Positions 38,849 to 50,500 are shown, counted from the first letter of the stretch. The stretch is 64,000 bases of DNA from Flavobacteriaceae bacterium (GCA_029238215.1 JAQWGN010000002.1:235-64234), one strand, 5' to 3'. The notes: generated by a model from the sequence alone, not told the origin. Numbers and translations are program-made.

Positions 38849-39835
38849 GATTTCCCAAGCCGTATAAAAGATAAGCCGTGTTCGTTTTTCTAAAAGTTCA
38901 TATTCAATTTTTTCAACGGTATCTGTTGGTGCATGGTAATCGGCATGCGTTCCATTAAAGTAAAAGATAACTGGAATATCACTTTTTGCAAAGTTGTAGT
39001 GATCCGAACGGTAGTAATAACGGTTTTCTATAAAACGTCCACGTTCAAAAACCTTTGTAGTAGGGTCGTTGTAACGGTAATCCAATTCCAAATTGACGTA
39101 TTGCTGGTTCATGGCTTCAGACACATCGTGCAAGTCTTGAGATAAAATATCAGAACCAATCAAATACATATAATTGGCATTGTCTTTATGCAATTCGTCT
39201 ATACGCCCTATCATATCAATATTTAGGTTAGCAACTGTGTTTTCTAGTGGATAAATAGGATTGTCGGTATAATATTTTGATCCAAGAAGCCCTTTTTCTT
39301 CTCCAGTAACATGCAAAAACAGGATAGACCTTTTGGGTTTGTGTCCTTGTTTTGCTGCCAATTGAAAAGCTTCAGCAATTTCTAACATTGCTACTGTTCC
39401 TGACCCATCATCGTCAGCGCCATTGTTTATTTGCCCATCTGCTTCAACGCCAATATGATCTAAATGTGCTGTAATAACTAAAACTTCATTTGATTTTTCA
39501 CTCCCTTCAATAAAAGCGAGTACATTTTTAGCATTGATTGTTTTATTTTCTCGGGGTGCATTTAAGTTCATGGGCATAAAGTATGCGCCATCGGGCATGC
39601 CTCCTTTTATGTCTAAGGCTTTGTATTGGTCTTTAAGGTAATTTATGGCAATGGTTTCACCTTCAGTACCGGCCTCTCTACCCATAAATTCATCTGAGGC
39701 ATAGATGTATAAATGTTCTTTTAGTTCATCGGAAGTAATGGAACTCGCATAGGTGCTTGGGTTGACCTCCATGATTCTTTGACTAGTTGCGCAAGACAAA
39801 AACAATAAGCCACCAAAAAATATGAGCTGTTTCAT
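38813..39835 (-). CDS. M28-family aminopeptidase (lipoprotein)
   Basis: 340 aa with signal LLFLSC, AHLDH, GADDDGSG, TGEEKGLLGS and ADYH metal-ligand motifs. Confidence 0.85.
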   Translation of the reverse strand: MKQLIFFGGLLFLSCATSQRIMEVNPSTYASSITSDELKEHLYIYASDEFMGREAGTEGETIAINYLKDQYKALDIKGGMPDGAYFMPMNLNAPRENKTINAKNVLAFIEGSEKSNEVLVITAHLDHIGVEADGQINNGADDDGSGTVAMLEIAEAFQLAAKQGHKPKRSILFLHVTGEEKGLLGSKYYTDNPIYPLENTVANLNIDMIGRIDELHKDNANYMYLIGSDILSQDLHDVSEAMNQQYVNLELDYRYNDPTTKVFERGRFIENRYYYRSDHYNFAKSDIPVIFYFNGTHADYHAPTDTVEKIEYELLEKRTRLIFYTAWEIANREDRLRLKE

Positions 39836-39874
39836 AATTAAAAATATTAATTTAAATACAATATAGTAAAATTA

Positions 39875-40642
39875 TTAGAGGGCACTTTCAATGAAGTTCC
39901 ATAAACGGATGCGGTGCGAAAGTGCTTGTTGTGCATAATCTGAGGCCTCTTCCCAACGTTGGGGATCCTCTTGGCAAAGCTCTTGCATCATTTGAAGCGC
40001 CATCGGGCCATGCTCCTCACCATCAATTTCAATATGCCGTTCTAAGTAATATAATAGTGTGTTCACACTTGCATCTTTTTGTTGTGCCAATCCACGAACA
40101 AGGGCAATGAATAAATCGGGGATAAGATCCTCGCGACCGTAAGTAAAAACACCCCCTACAATATGTGCAGGAGCTTCTGTAGCGATGGAGAGTGAAAACC
40201 GAATAAACGATTTAATTTCTTCTGGGATTTCTGCTGTAGTAACGGCTTCTTCCCACGATGTTCCATTTTGAATGGCTGTGACCAAACCAACAATAGGGGA
40301 GGTGTCAGCGCCAATTTCCTCCATGGCTTGAAGGTAAAGCTCGTAATGGCTTATGGGTTTGTTGTTTAGGTCGATATCGCTTTCTTCACCCCAAACAATC
40401 TCATTTATTAAACGACGTGTACCCGGACTCCCTACAGGTACCCATGGTAGTGATGTGCATGTTAATTTTTGTTGCAAAGATTTGACTAAAGACATAAAAT
40501 CCCACACGGCAAAAGCGTGATAGGTCATAAATACACGAATGGATTCTATGGAGTTTAGTTTTTTGTATAACGGATGTTCCAATAGGGACTCACGATACGA
40601 TCCCAACGTCTGTTCAATACGTTCAGTTGTAGTCATCTGCAA
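39875..40642 (-). CDS. DUF3050-family (heme-oxygenase-like fold) protein
   Basis: 255 aa, all-helical. HPLYKKL...HAFAVWDFMSLVKSLQ..L.......W.P is recalled as the DUF3050 signature. Not verified by search. Confidence 0.6.
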   Translation of the reverse strand: MQMTTTERIEQTLGSYRESLLEHPLYKKLNSIESIRVFMTYHAFAVWDFMSLVKSLQQKLTCTSLPWVPVGSPGTRRLINEIVWGEESDIDLNNKPISHYELYLQAMEEIGADTSPIVGLVTAIQNGTSWEEAVTTAEIPEEIKSFIRFSLSIATEAPAHIVGGVFTYGREDLIPDLFIALVRGLAQQKDASVNTLLYYLERHIEIDGEEHGPMALQMMQELCQEDPQRWEEASDYAQQALSHRIRLWNFIESAL

Positions 40643-40706
40643 TTTTTATGCAAATTTAAGCTAAAAGCCTAATAATTAGCGTTGAAGGATTTGTTATTTT
40701 TGAACG

Positions 40707-41558
40707 ATGTCACGTGTTTTTATTACCGAATGTCCTAGAGATGCTATTCAAGGTATTAAAACCTTTATTTCTACTGAGAAGAAGGTTGCATACTTACAGG
40801 CATTGCTACGCGTTGGATTTGATGTATTGGATTTTGGGAGTTTTGTTTCTCCGAAAGCAATTCCACAGATGCGTGATACGCATGAGGTTGTCAAAGCCTT
40901 AGATTTAAGCAATACCAAAACAAAGCTTTTGGCTATAGTTGCCAACGAACGAGGAGCTAAAGAAGCACTAGCATATTCTCAAATCGATTTTTTGGGGTAT
41001 CCCTTTTCACTTTCTGAAAATTTCCAGATGCGAAATACGAATAAAACCATTCAAGAATCGCTTGGAGTTTTAAGCGAAATAGCTTCTCTAGTAAAGGAAA
41101 AAAATAAGGAACTGGTCGTTTATTTATCAATGGGTTTTGGTAATCCCTACGGAGACCCATGGAGTTTGGGGTTGGTTTCAGCTTGGGTAGAAAAACTTAC
41201 ATCATTTGGAATTCGACGTTTTTTGTTGTCCGACACAGTGGGGGTGGCTCCAGTTGAAGTAATTACTTCTTTATTTGAGCATTTAATTGGTAAATATCCA
41301 GAATTGCATTTTGGCGCACATTTACACGCATCGCCGAAAGAAGCTACTGCAAAAATTAATGCGGCTTACAAGGGAGGTTGTAGAGCTTTTGATAGTGCTG
41401 TACGTGGATTGGGCGGTTGTCCAATGGCAAAAGACGAATTGGTTGGGAATGTTCCAACAGAAAAACTACTTACGTATTTGACATCTAAAAACTGCAATTT
41501 TGATGCAAATCCGCTGCATTTTGAGGCAGCATATAACCAGTCACTTCATCTTTTTTAA
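40707..41558 (+). CDS. Hydroxymethylglutaryl-CoA lyase
   Basis: 283 aa with ECPRDAIQG, HLHA and GLGGCP(M)A motifs of the HMGL-like family. Confidence 0.85.
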   Translation: MSRVFITECPRDAIQGIKTFISTEKKVAYLQALLRVGFDVLDFGSFVSPKAIPQMRDTHEVVKALDLSNTKTKLLAIVANERGAKEALAYSQIDFLGYPFSLSENFQMRNTNKTIQESLGVLSEIASLVKEKNKELVVYLSMGFGNPYGDPWSLGLVSAWVEKLTSFGIRRFLLSDTVGVAPVEVITSLFEHLIGKYPELHFGAHLHASPKEATAKINAAYKGGCRAFDSAVRGLGGCPMAKDELVGNVPTEKLLTYLTSKNCNFDANPLHFEAAYNQSLHLF

Positions 41559-41608
41559 TTTTATTTAAATTAATTCTAAATAAGTTTTGCAATTACTATT
41601 TCTGTATT

Positions 41609-41616
41609 TATATTTG
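41609..41616 (+). promoter_or_regulatory. Candidate -7 box TATATTTG for the porin/FMN-binding operon
   Basis: TAnnTTTG match 32 nt upstream of the ATG at 41648. Confidence 0.4.
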
Positions 41617-41647
41617 CCTTAATTTAAAACCAATCTAAATAAAAACA

Positions 41648-42775
41648 ATGAAATTCCCACTTCTATTATCTCTATTGTTTACCACAAGTATTTTTGCGCA
41701 AACACAAAACTTTCAAAACAGTGCAATGCGCCAATTGTCAAATTTAGCAAACAGTAATAAAAACCTAACACTTGGTGGTTATGGTGAAATAAATTTTAAT
41801 GGTTATAACGGACAATCAAACCAAATTGATGTTAAGCGGTTGGTTCTTCTGTTTGCCTATAAATTTGATGATAGGGTGCAATTTGTTACCGAAATTGAAT
41901 ACGAACATGTTACAGAAGTCTATGTTGAACAGGCGTTTTTAAATTATTCTGTTAACAACAACCTAAACGTACGTGCGGGGCTGATGCTTGTGCCAATGGG
42001 TATTATAAATGAGTACCATGAAGGTCCAACGTATAACGGAGTTGAACGACCTAGCTTGGATGGCAAGGTTATCCCTACCACTTGGAGAGAGATTGGTTTT
42101 GGATTGGCAGGTAAGTCAAATGAATTGTCTTTTCGCTATCAGTTGTATGTAATGAACGGCTTTGTTTCATTTAATGAAGACTATGTATTGCGTGGTTCAG
42201 ATGGACTTAGAAAAGGGCGCCAAAAGGGGGCTGAGTCTGTTAACTCAGATGTTAACCTTTCTGCTAAGATTGAATACTACGGGCTTCCAAATATTCGATT
42301 TGGATTAGCTGCTTACACAGGTAAAACTCAAACGACAAACATTGACGATGCTGCTACACAAGTAGGTGTTGCTATGGTGGGTCTTGATTATCGTTACACA
42401 AAAGGACGATTTAGCTCGCGTGGTCAATGGGTAAATACGTCATTAAGTGATGTTGGTGCTTACAATGCTGCAGGAAATACAGACTTGGGTTCTGCTATGG
42501 GAGGGTATTACCTTGAGGCAGCGTATAATTTATTGCCATTAACGAATCGTCAACGTCTTGATATGTTTATACGTTATGAGGATTTTGATACTCACAAAGA
42601 AACTGCAGCAGGCTTGGTTGCCAATCCAGCATTTCATCGTAAAGAAACAACAATAGGTTTTTCGTATCATGTTGCTCCAGGGGCTGTTTTTAAAGCAGAT
42701 TATCAGGCTAAAAAAACTGCTGTACCTAATTATACATTAGATCAATTTAATATTGGTGTTGGATTCTTTTTCTAG
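41648..42775 (+). CDS. Outer-membrane porin-like beta-barrel protein
   Basis: 375 aa. Signal peptide ends IFAQ, beta-strand periodicity throughout, C-terminal ...NIGVGFFF. Confidence 0.6.
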   Translation: MKFPLLLSLLFTTSIFAQTQNFQNSAMRQLSNLANSNKNLTLGGYGEINFNGYNGQSNQIDVKRLVLLFAYKFDDRVQFVTEIEYEHVTEVYVEQAFLNYSVNNNLNVRAGLMLVPMGIINEYHEGPTYNGVERPSLDGKVIPTTWREIGFGLAGKSNELSFRYQLYVMNGFVSFNEDYVLRGSDGLRKGRQKGAESVNSDVNLSAKIEYYGLPNIRFGLAAYTGKTQTTNIDDAATQVGVAMVGLDYRYTKGRFSSRGQWVNTSLSDVGAYNAAGNTDLGSAMGGYYLEAAYNLLPLTNRQRLDMFIRYEDFDTHKETAAGLVANPAFHRKETTIGFSYHVAPGAVFKADYQAKKTAVPNYTLDQFNIGVGFFF

Positions 42776-42787
42776 TATTTTTGCTGT

Positions 42788-43333
42788 ATGAATATATTTT
42801 CTATCTCATCTTTTTGGCTTTCTTTAACTGTTGCTATTGCTTCGGTTTTTGTGATGCGCATAAGTCAAAAGAGTGATAGCGATATCCCTAAGCGGGCTGT
42901 AAAAGAAATCAATAAAACTTTTGAAGTTTCGGAGTCTTTATTATCCCCCGTTTTGACTCAAAATGTGGATGGAATCGACAAAGCACATTTGCTTCGCGTG
43001 TCAAAAAACGGAATTCTTTTAGGGTATGCTTATCTAGGAGAGGCACCAAGTAAGACAGACTCTTTTGAGTACTTAGTTGTTTTTGATACCGACTATTTCA
43101 TAAAAAAAACAAAGGTGCTTGTTTACCGAGAGGATTATGGAGGAGAGATTGGCAGTAAACGTTGGCTGCGTCAGTTTTTAAATAAAACACCTGAAGATCG
43201 TTTTGCGTATCGCCAAAATATTGCTGCTATTTCTGGAGCAACAATTTCAGTTAAATCCATGACGCAATCCATGAATAATCTAATGATTTCACTAGCTTCG
43301 TGGCGCAAAGATGGAGAACCCTACAAACTATAA
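42788..43333 (+). CDS. FMN-binding-domain protein with a flavinylation motif, N-terminally anchored
   Basis: 181 aa with one N-terminal TM/signal anchor. AISGATISVKS (SGAT at 43232-43243) matches the [ST]GA[ST] site that ApbE flavinylates in NqrC/RnfG-type FMN_bind domains. Confidence 0.6.
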   Translation: MNIFSISSFWLSLTVAIASVFVMRISQKSDSDIPKRAVKEINKTFEVSESLLSPVLTQNVDGIDKAHLLRVSKNGILLGYAYLGEAPSKTDSFEYLVVFDTDYFIKKTKVLVYREDYGGEIGSKRWLRQFLNKTPEDRFAYRQNIAAISGATISVKSMTQSMNNLMISLASWRKDGEPYKL

Positions 43334-43814
43334 TTTTCGATTACGACACTTGCCGCTATATGCGCGTAATTTTTGTGTCGCATTTGTTGTAATGCTCTCT
43401 ATTGGGTATTTTACTGGTATTGCTTTTGTGTTCCAAACAGATAGTAATTCCCCTACAGGCGTTGAAGAAAATTATAATGGGAATGAAGATCATTCTGAGG
43501 CTATGGAAATGAAATTCAAGAAAAGTCCTCGGGAGATGTTGACAATTGTACATACCCATATATTGAGTTTATCATTGATTTTTTTTGCTAGCGGGATACT
43601 CCTTTTTTTCTCTGAAGCACCAAAGAGGTTAAAGTCTTTTCTAATGATAGAACCCTTTGTTTCTGTACTGGTTACTTTTGGCGGAATCTACCTGATTTGG
43701 TATGGCTTTACTGCAATGGCCTATGTTGTTATTCTTTCTGGCTTGCTAATGACAATCTCGTACATCTTAAGTGTTTTTTATATTATTGGCGAGTTGCTGC
43801 GGGTAAAATCTTAG
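43311..43814 (+). CDS. Small polytopic membrane protein (about 4 TM, His-containing)
   Basis: 167 aa with four hydrophobic segments and HTHILS at the start of TM2. Overlaps the preceding gene by 23 nt, which suggests co-translation. No family recognised. Confidence 0.45.
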   Translation: MENPTNYNFRLRHLPLYARNFCVAFVVMLSIGYFTGIAFVFQTDSNSPTGVEENYNGNEDHSEAMEMKFKKSPREMLTIVHTHILSLSLIFFASGILLFFSEAPKRLKSFLMIEPFVSVLVTFGGIYLIWYGFTAMAYVVILSGLLMTISYILSVFYIIGELLRVKS

Positions 43815-43830
43815 TCAGGCTTATTTTTAG

Positions 43831-43838
43831 TATCTTTG
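43831..43838 (+). promoter_or_regulatory. Candidate -7 box TATCTTTG for guaB
   Basis: TAnnTTTG match 27 nt upstream of the ATG at 43865. Confidence 0.4.
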
Positions 43839-43864
43839 CGTGCAACAATTTCTAATCCGTTGCC

Positions 43865-45337
43865 ATGCACCCGCTTCCTTCAAAAATTAGTAGTTTAGGT
43901 TTAACATACGACGATGTACTGTTGGTACCTGCTTTCTCAGAAGTTCTTCCACGTGATGTGAGTTTAACATCTAAGTTTTCTAGAAATATTCCATTAAATA
44001 CTCCTATAGTTTCTGCTGCTATGGACACGGTTACAGAAAGTCAAATGGCGATTGCTATGGCTCGTGAGGGTGGAATAGGTGTACTCCATAAAAATATGCC
44101 GATTGCTGCCCAAGCAGATAAGGTTAGAAAAGTGAAACGTTCCGAGTCAGGTTTAATTATAGACCCTGTTACCTTGCCCACTACAGCCTTAGTTGCCGAT
44201 GCTAAAAAAATTATGCAAGAATATCGTATTGGAGGGATTCCTATTGTTGCAGACGATGACTCTTTGGTGGGTATAGTTACCAACCGAGATTTGCGTTTTG
44301 AAAAGAATGTAGCCCGCCCTGTAATGGAAGTCATGACTTCAGAGCATTTGGTCACTGCTAAAGAAGGTATTTCTATGGGCGAAGCAGAAGAAGTATTACA
44401 AGCCCATAAAATCGAAAAGCTGCCTGTTATTGATGATAATAACAAGCTCGTCGGTTTGATTACTTTCAGAGATATTACTCGAGTTACAATTACGCCTAAG
44501 GCCAATAAAGATCGCTTTGGAAGGCTTCGTGTGGCTGCGGCAGTTGGTGTTACTCCTGATGTTATTGACCGCGTAAAAGCATTAGCTAATGCAGGGGTAG
44601 ATGCTGTTGTTGTTGATACTGCCCACGGGCATACACAAGGAGTTCTTGATGTGTTGAAAAAGATTAAAAAAGAATTTCCTACACTCGACGTCGTAGTTGG
44701 GAATATTGCTACAGCAGAAGCAGCAGCATTTTTATTAGAGGCAGGAGCAGATGGAATCAAGGTTGGAATAGGTCCAGGTTCTATTTGTACCACTAGAATT
44801 ATTGCAGGTGTTGGGTATCCTCAGCTGTCAGCTGTTCTTGAAGTCGCTTCTGTACTTGCAGGAACAGACGTTCCTCTTATTGCCGATGGCGGAGTTCGTT
44901 ATACTGGGGATATTGTTAAAGCGGTGGCGGCTGGAGCTGATTGTGTGATGTTAGGCTCATTACTTGCAGGCACCAAAGAAAGTCCAGGGGAAACAGTAAT
45001 TTATGAAGGTAGAAAATTTAAAACCTATCGCGGAATGGGTTCTGTTGAAGCCATGCGGAAGGGAAGTAAAGACCGTTATTTTCAAGATGTTGAAGATGAT
45101 ATAAAAAAGCTTGTGCCCGAAGGAATAGTAGGAAGAGTTCCATATAAAGGAGATCTTAATGAAAGTATTCATCAATTTGTAGGCGGACTTCGTGCAGGAA
45201 TGGGCTATTGTGGTTCCAAGGATATTGCAACGCTAAAAGAAACTGCAAAGTTTGTGCAAATTACGGCATCGGGTATTAAGGAAAGCCACCCACATAATGT
45301 ACAAATAACCAAAGAGGCACCAAATTATTCTCGCTAA
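43865..45337 (+). CDS. guaB: IMP dehydrogenase
   Basis: 490 aa with [10 protein letters not shown], a CBS pair, [12 protein letters not shown] (catalytic Cys loop) and GSLLAG. Confidence 0.96.
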   Translation: MHPLPSKISSLGLTYDDVLLVPAFSEVLPRDVSLTSKFSRNIPLNTPIVSAAMDTVTESQMAIAMAREGGIGVLHKNMPIAAQADKVRKVKRSESGLIIDPVTLPTTALVADAKKIMQEYRIGGIPIVADDDSLVGIVTNRDLRFEKNVARPVMEVMTSEHLVTAKEGISMGEAEEVLQAHKIEKLPVIDDNNKLVGLITFRDITRVTITPKANKDRFGRLRVAAAVGVTPDVIDRVKALANAGVDAVVVDTAHGHTQGVLDVLKKIKKEFPTLDVVVGNIATAEAAAFLLEAGADGIKVGIGPGSICTTRIIAGVGYPQLSAVLEVASVLAGTDVPLIADGGVRYTGDIVKAVAAGADCVMLGSLLAGTKESPGETVIYEGRKFKTYRGMGSVEAMRKGSKDRYFQDVEDDIKKLVPEGIVGRVPYKGDLNESIHQFVGGLRAGMGYCGSKDIATLKETAKFVQITASGIKESHPHNVQITKEAPNYSR

Positions 45338-45338
45338 T

Positions 45339-46181
45339 ATGCGTTTTATTGTCCTATTTCTTATCGCCCTACTAACAACTTGTAATTTGAAGGATAAATC
45401 ATCTGAGCGAGCTGTAGCTCGTGTTAATGATCAATACCTTTTGACTTCTGAATTGGCTGCCAATGTTCGAACTACGCTTACAAATTCAGACAGTATAGCA
45501 TCTGCAACTAATTATATCAATACTTGGGCAATAGAACAATTACTCCTTGACAAGGCTGTTTTTAACTTGAACGTACAAAAACAAGAAGAGCTAGAGCGTC
45601 TTATAAAGCGTTACAGAAACGATTTATATATTAAAACCTATCAAGAGGAATGGTTGAAAGCACGTGTTGATACTTTGGTTACACAAGATGAAATAGATGC
45701 GTATTATCAATCCAACAAGAAAAACTTTAAACTACACCAAGACTTGATGCGTGGGCGCTATATTAAGTTGCCTTTGGTAAACTTTAATAAGGAAAGCGTG
45801 AAACGGGCTTTACGAAGGTTTAACGATGATGATCGTACATATTTAGATTCCATTTCATTGCAATTTAATAGTGCGTTACTCAACGATTCTATTTGGTTAA
45901 GACCTCAAACTTTTTTCTCCAGAATTAACCGTCCTACCCCCAATAGTTATAAACCCTATTTGAAAAGTAATCGTTTTTTTGAAATTGAAGATTCTTTAGA
46001 CCTATATTTGGTGTTCGTAGAAGAAGTAAGGCGAAGGAATGAAACGGCACCAATGGTCCATATACGTTCCACCTTAAAACAAATTCTACTTAATAAACGT
46101 AAACTTGATATGATGCGTCGCTTTGACCGTGATATATTGCAGGAAGCTGTAAAGAAAAATGTATTTGAAATCTATGAATAA
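45339..46181 (+). CDS. Lipoprotein, SurA-N-like chaperone-domain protein (function uncertain)
   Basis: 280 aa with lipobox LLTTC. Directly precedes and overlaps the SurA-like PPIase gene. Confidence 0.5.
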   Translation: MRFIVLFLIALLTTCNLKDKSSERAVARVNDQYLLTSELAANVRTTLTNSDSIASATNYINTWAIEQLLLDKAVFNLNVQKQEELERLIKRYRNDLYIKTYQEEWLKARVDTLVTQDEIDAYYQSNKKNFKLHQDLMRGRYIKLPLVNFNKESVKRALRRFNDDDRTYLDSISLQFNSALLNDSIWLRPQTFFSRINRPTPNSYKPYLKSNRFFEIEDSLDLYLVFVEEVRRRNETAPMVHIRSTLKQILLNKRKLDMMRRFDRDILQEAVKKNVFEIYE

Positions 46182-47532
46182 AACTGTTATTTTTTGTTTG
46201 GCTTTGGGTGTCTTTAGTTTGGCACAAGCTCAAGACACAACCACAAGACTTAAAATCGATGGGGTTTCAGCTGTTGTCGGAGATTATGTAATTCTTGATT
46301 CTGATGTTGATAAGGCATATATCGATTTGGAGTCACAGGGAGTATCTACAACGGATATTACCCGCTGCAGCTTGTTGGGTAAGCTTATGGAGGATAAACT
46401 TTATGCACATCATGCCGAGCAGGATAGTATTGAGGTTAGTAACGACGATATTAATAATTATGTAGAACAGACCATAGAGTATTTTGTGCAGCAAATAGGT
46501 AGTATGGATAAGGTTCTGGAATTTTACAAGAAAAAAAGCGAGGAGAGTTTTCGTGCAGAATTGTTTGAGGTCAACAGGGTACAACAGCTTTCACAACAAA
46601 TGCAATCTAAAATTATTGAGGATGTCGAGGTAACTCCAGACGAAGTCAAAGCATTTTTTAATGCCATTCCAAAAGATGATTTACCTGTTTTTGGTTCTGA
46701 ACTTGAAGTTGCTCAAATTGTAATTGAACCAAAAGTTAGTCCAGAAGAAGAAAAACGTATTATCGAGCAGTTAGAAACCATGCGAAATGATGTTTTGGAA
46801 AATGGATCTTCATTTGCATCTAAAGCTATTTTGTATTCTCAAGATCCAGGTTCTCGTTCACGTGGAGGTCGTTATACATTAGATAGAAAGCGCCCTCAGA
46901 TGGTAAAAGAATTTAGAGAGCAAGCATATCGATTGCAGGAAGGCGAGATTTCACAACCTTTTAAAACCGATTTTGGGTGGCATATAGTAACCGTTGATAA
47001 AATTAGAGGACGTCAAATAGACGTACGCCATGTTTTATTAGTACCTACAGTTTCTAGTGCCGCACTAGGTGAGGCACAAAATGAACTTAAACTTATTAAT
47101 AAGCGTGTTAGTGACGGTGAGCTTAGTTTTGCTGCTGCTGCAAGAGAGTTTTCTGATGATAAAATCACTAGAGCAAACGGAGGAGTTTTGATTAACCCTT
47201 CAACAGGAGATACCCGTTTTGAATTAACCAAACTAGACCCGCAACTTTACAACCAAATTCTAAAGCTCGAAGACAACGAAATTTCAATTCCCATTCTGGA
47301 AGAAGATCGATCTGGAAATAAAAAATATAAAATTGTTATGGTTTCAAACCGTTTTGATGAGCATGTTGCTGACTATGCAAAAGACTATGTGCGAATAAAA
47401 GAATTAGCCCTAAAAGAAAAGCAACTGAAGGCTATCGAAAAATGGATGGCTGAAAAGATTGCTGATACCTACGTAAGCTTAAATCGCGCCAATCAATCTT
47501 GTGATTTTGCCAATAACTGGTTAAAGAATTAA
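46159..47532 (+). CDS. SurA-like periplasmic peptidyl-prolyl isomerase/chaperone
   Basis: 457 aa with a signal peptide and a parvulin domain (FKTDFGWHIV). Confidence 0.8.
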   Translation: MYLKSMNKTVIFCLALGVFSLAQAQDTTTRLKIDGVSAVVGDYVILDSDVDKAYIDLESQGVSTTDITRCSLLGKLMEDKLYAHHAEQDSIEVSNDDINNYVEQTIEYFVQQIGSMDKVLEFYKKKSEESFRAELFEVNRVQQLSQQMQSKIIEDVEVTPDEVKAFFNAIPKDDLPVFGSELEVAQIVIEPKVSPEEEKRIIEQLETMRNDVLENGSSFASKAILYSQDPGSRSRGGRYTLDRKRPQMVKEFREQAYRLQEGEISQPFKTDFGWHIVTVDKIRGRQIDVRHVLLVPTVSSAALGEAQNELKLINKRVSDGELSFAAAAREFSDDKITRANGGVLINPSTGDTRFELTKLDPQLYNQILKLEDNEISIPILEEDRSGNKKYKIVMVSNRFDEHVADYAKDYVRIKELALKEKQLKAIEKWMAEKIADTYVSLNRANQSCDFANNWLKN

Positions 47533-47573
47533 AAACTCTTTTTTAAGCTATAGGTAGTTCATTTACAAATACT

Positions 47574-47581
47574 TAATTTTG
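47574..47581 (+). promoter_or_regulatory. Candidate -7 box TAATTTTG for ccsBA
   Basis: TAnnTTTG match 14 nt upstream of the ATG at 47595. Confidence 0.35.
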
Positions 47582-47594
47582 TAAAAAAATCGCT

Positions 47595-50500
47595 ATGAAC
47601 GTAGCTCAAAAGCTTCTTTCTCTACTATTTTCTACCCGTTTAACGGCCCTTCTTTTTGTTCTTTTCTCTGTTGCTATGGGGATTGGAACCTTTGTTGAAA
47701 GCGAACACGATACTGCAACAGCCCGTATCTGGATTTATAATGCTTGGTGGTTTGAGATCATGATGGTTTTTTTTGTGATTAATTTTTTGGGAAACATCAA
47801 AAGATACCGCTTACTGAGATGGGAAAAATGGCCACTGTTGTTACTTCATTTATCTTGGATTTTAATTATTGTTGGAGCGGGAATTACCCGTTATGTCGGA
47901 TATGAGGGAGTTATGCCCATTCGTGAAGGAGAAGATTCCCGTACGTTTTTAACCGAAAAAACATATTTGTCGATATATATTGATGGTGAAATTAACGGCG
48001 AACCTCGTCGAAAACTTTTGGAAGACGATATGTTGTTTTCCAAAGCAGCCAACAATCACTTTGAATGGCGTAGTGATTTTAATAAAATTCCTGTATCAAT
48101 CCAATATAAAAACTTTATTAAAGGAGCCGAAGAAGGTTTGGTTGAAGACCCCAATGGCGCGTTGTACTTTAAAATTGTGGAGGCTGGTGACGGTAACCGT
48201 CATGACCACTACTTGAAGTCGGGTGAAGTAGCAAATATTCACAACATTTTATTTGCTTTTAATGCCCAAACCGATGGTGCAATTAATATCACCTACAAAG
48301 ACGATACATATACGATTGAGTCTCCTTTTTCTGGCACGTTTTTGCGTATGGCTGACCAACAGTCTGGGCAACTTCTTTCAGACACAGAACAACCCCTACA
48401 ATTACGCACGCTCTATTCAACTGCTGGAATGCAATTTGTTTTTCCCGATCCGGCTACAAATGGCTCATATCAAATTATACCTGCAGTAGATTCCGAAAAC
48501 GCACCACAAGATGCGCTTTCTGTCCTTTTGTCAGCGAATGGTGAACTAAAAGAAGTCACTGTTTTGGGTGCAAGAGGTGTTGCTAACGCTCCAACTAAAG
48601 TTTCTGTGGGCGGTTTTGATTTTTGGGTAAAATATGGCTCTAAGGAAGTACCACTCCCATTTTCTATTCGCCTCAACGATTTTATCGCAGCAAAATATCC
48701 AGGGACAGAGAAAAGTTACAGCAGCTTTATGAGCAAGGTTACCGTACTGGATGAGCCTACTTTTGATTACGACATTTATATGAATCATATTTTAAATCAT
48801 AAGGGTTTTCGTTTTTTTCAAGCATCATTTGACCCTGATGAGAAAGGAACTGTATTATCGGTAAACCATGATGGATTGGGTACAGGAGTTACATACATCG
48901 GGTACTTTTTACTTTATGCGGGTTTATTGGGAATCATGTTTTTTGGAAAGACACGATTTAAAAAATTAGCTAAAATGCTTGAGGATATTCGTGTTAAAAA
49001 AGCAACGCTTACCATATTAGTACTTCTTGCTTTATCCCCTGTTGTTGCACAGCATCAACATGCCAATCAAAATCATTCTATTGATTCCATACTACAAGCA
49101 GAGGCTTATGACGCCGAACAAGCTGCAAAGTTTGGCGCATTAATTATTCAAGATGCTGGTGGACGGATGAAACCTGCCAATACTTTTGCCTCCGAACTAG
49201 TCCGTAAAGTGAGTAAATCAGATCATTACAAAACACTAGACGCAAACCAGGTACTACTCTCTATCTCTCAAAATCCATTATTGTGGTATCAAGTTCCGTT
49301 TATCTACCTAAAACGCGGGAATGATAGTTTGCGGAACTTACTAGGAGTTGATAAAAAGGCTAAATATGCAGCATTTGCCAATTTTTTTAATGAAACAGGG
49401 TCCTATAAATTAGCGCCACTACTTGAAGGTGCATACAAATCAGCTACACCCAATCAGTTTCAAAAAGATTTTATTGAAACGGATCGAAAAGTAAATTTGC
49501 TTTTTTCTGCACTTGAAGGTAAAATCCTTCGTGTTTTTCCCGTACCAAACGATATAAATAACCGGTGGATTGCCCCACAAGAAGTTCCAGAAACTGATTT
49601 TGAGGGGGTCGATTCGCTTTATGTCAATAATGTTTTGCCTTTGTATTTTACCTCATTACGTCAAGGAAAAACCACACAAGATTATACACAGGCTGATCAG
49701 TTACTTGAAAGCTTAAAAGGCTATCAAAATAAATACGGCGCTGAAGTGATTCCTTCTAAAAAGCAAATAGAGGCAGAGCTGCTTTACAACAAGTACGATA
49801 TTTTTAAACGCCTTTTTAGTTGGTATATGTATGCCGGAACACTAATGTTCTTTGTGCTTATTGCTCAGATGCTTTATAACGTTCGTTTCTTACGCCTCAT
49901 TGTTAAGTCTTGTGTTGTTGTTATTGCTGGGCTGTTTGTGCTCCACACGGCTGGTTTAGCTGCTCGTTGGTACATTTCTGGACACGCACCTTGGAGCGAT
50001 GCCTATGAGTCTATGATTTATGTTGCTTGGGCTACAATGGGTATGGGGCTTGCCTTTGGACGTAAATCCATGCTTACTATAGCGGCAACAGCTTTTGTAG
50101 CCTCCATGATTTTAATGATTGCGCATTGGAATTGGATGGATCCCGAAATTGCCAATTTAGTACCTGTGCTTGATAGTTATTGGCTAATGATACACGTGGC
50201 TGTTATTGTTGGGAGTTACGGTCCGTTTGCACTGGCCATGATTTTAGGAATTATAGCCATGTTTTTAATGTTGATTACCACCAAGAAATCTGCGGAAAAA
50301 ATGCGACTGCATATTGCCGAGCTTACTGTGGTAAATGAACTTGCTTTAACGGTTGGTCTTATCATGCTAACGATTGGAAACTTCTTGGGAGGTCAATGGG
50401 CCAATGAAAGTTGGGGTCGTTACTGGGGATGGGATCCCAAAGAGACATGGGCATTGATTAGTATTTTGGTGTACGCATTTGTACTGCATATGCGTTTGGT

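Noticed and set aside
44041-44793. 250-aa ORF on the minus strand inside guaB
   Set aside because: It is fully antisense to a highly conserved IMP dehydrogenase frame. Its translation is S/T/A/P/I-rich low-complexity sequence typical of a shadow ORF, with no start context.
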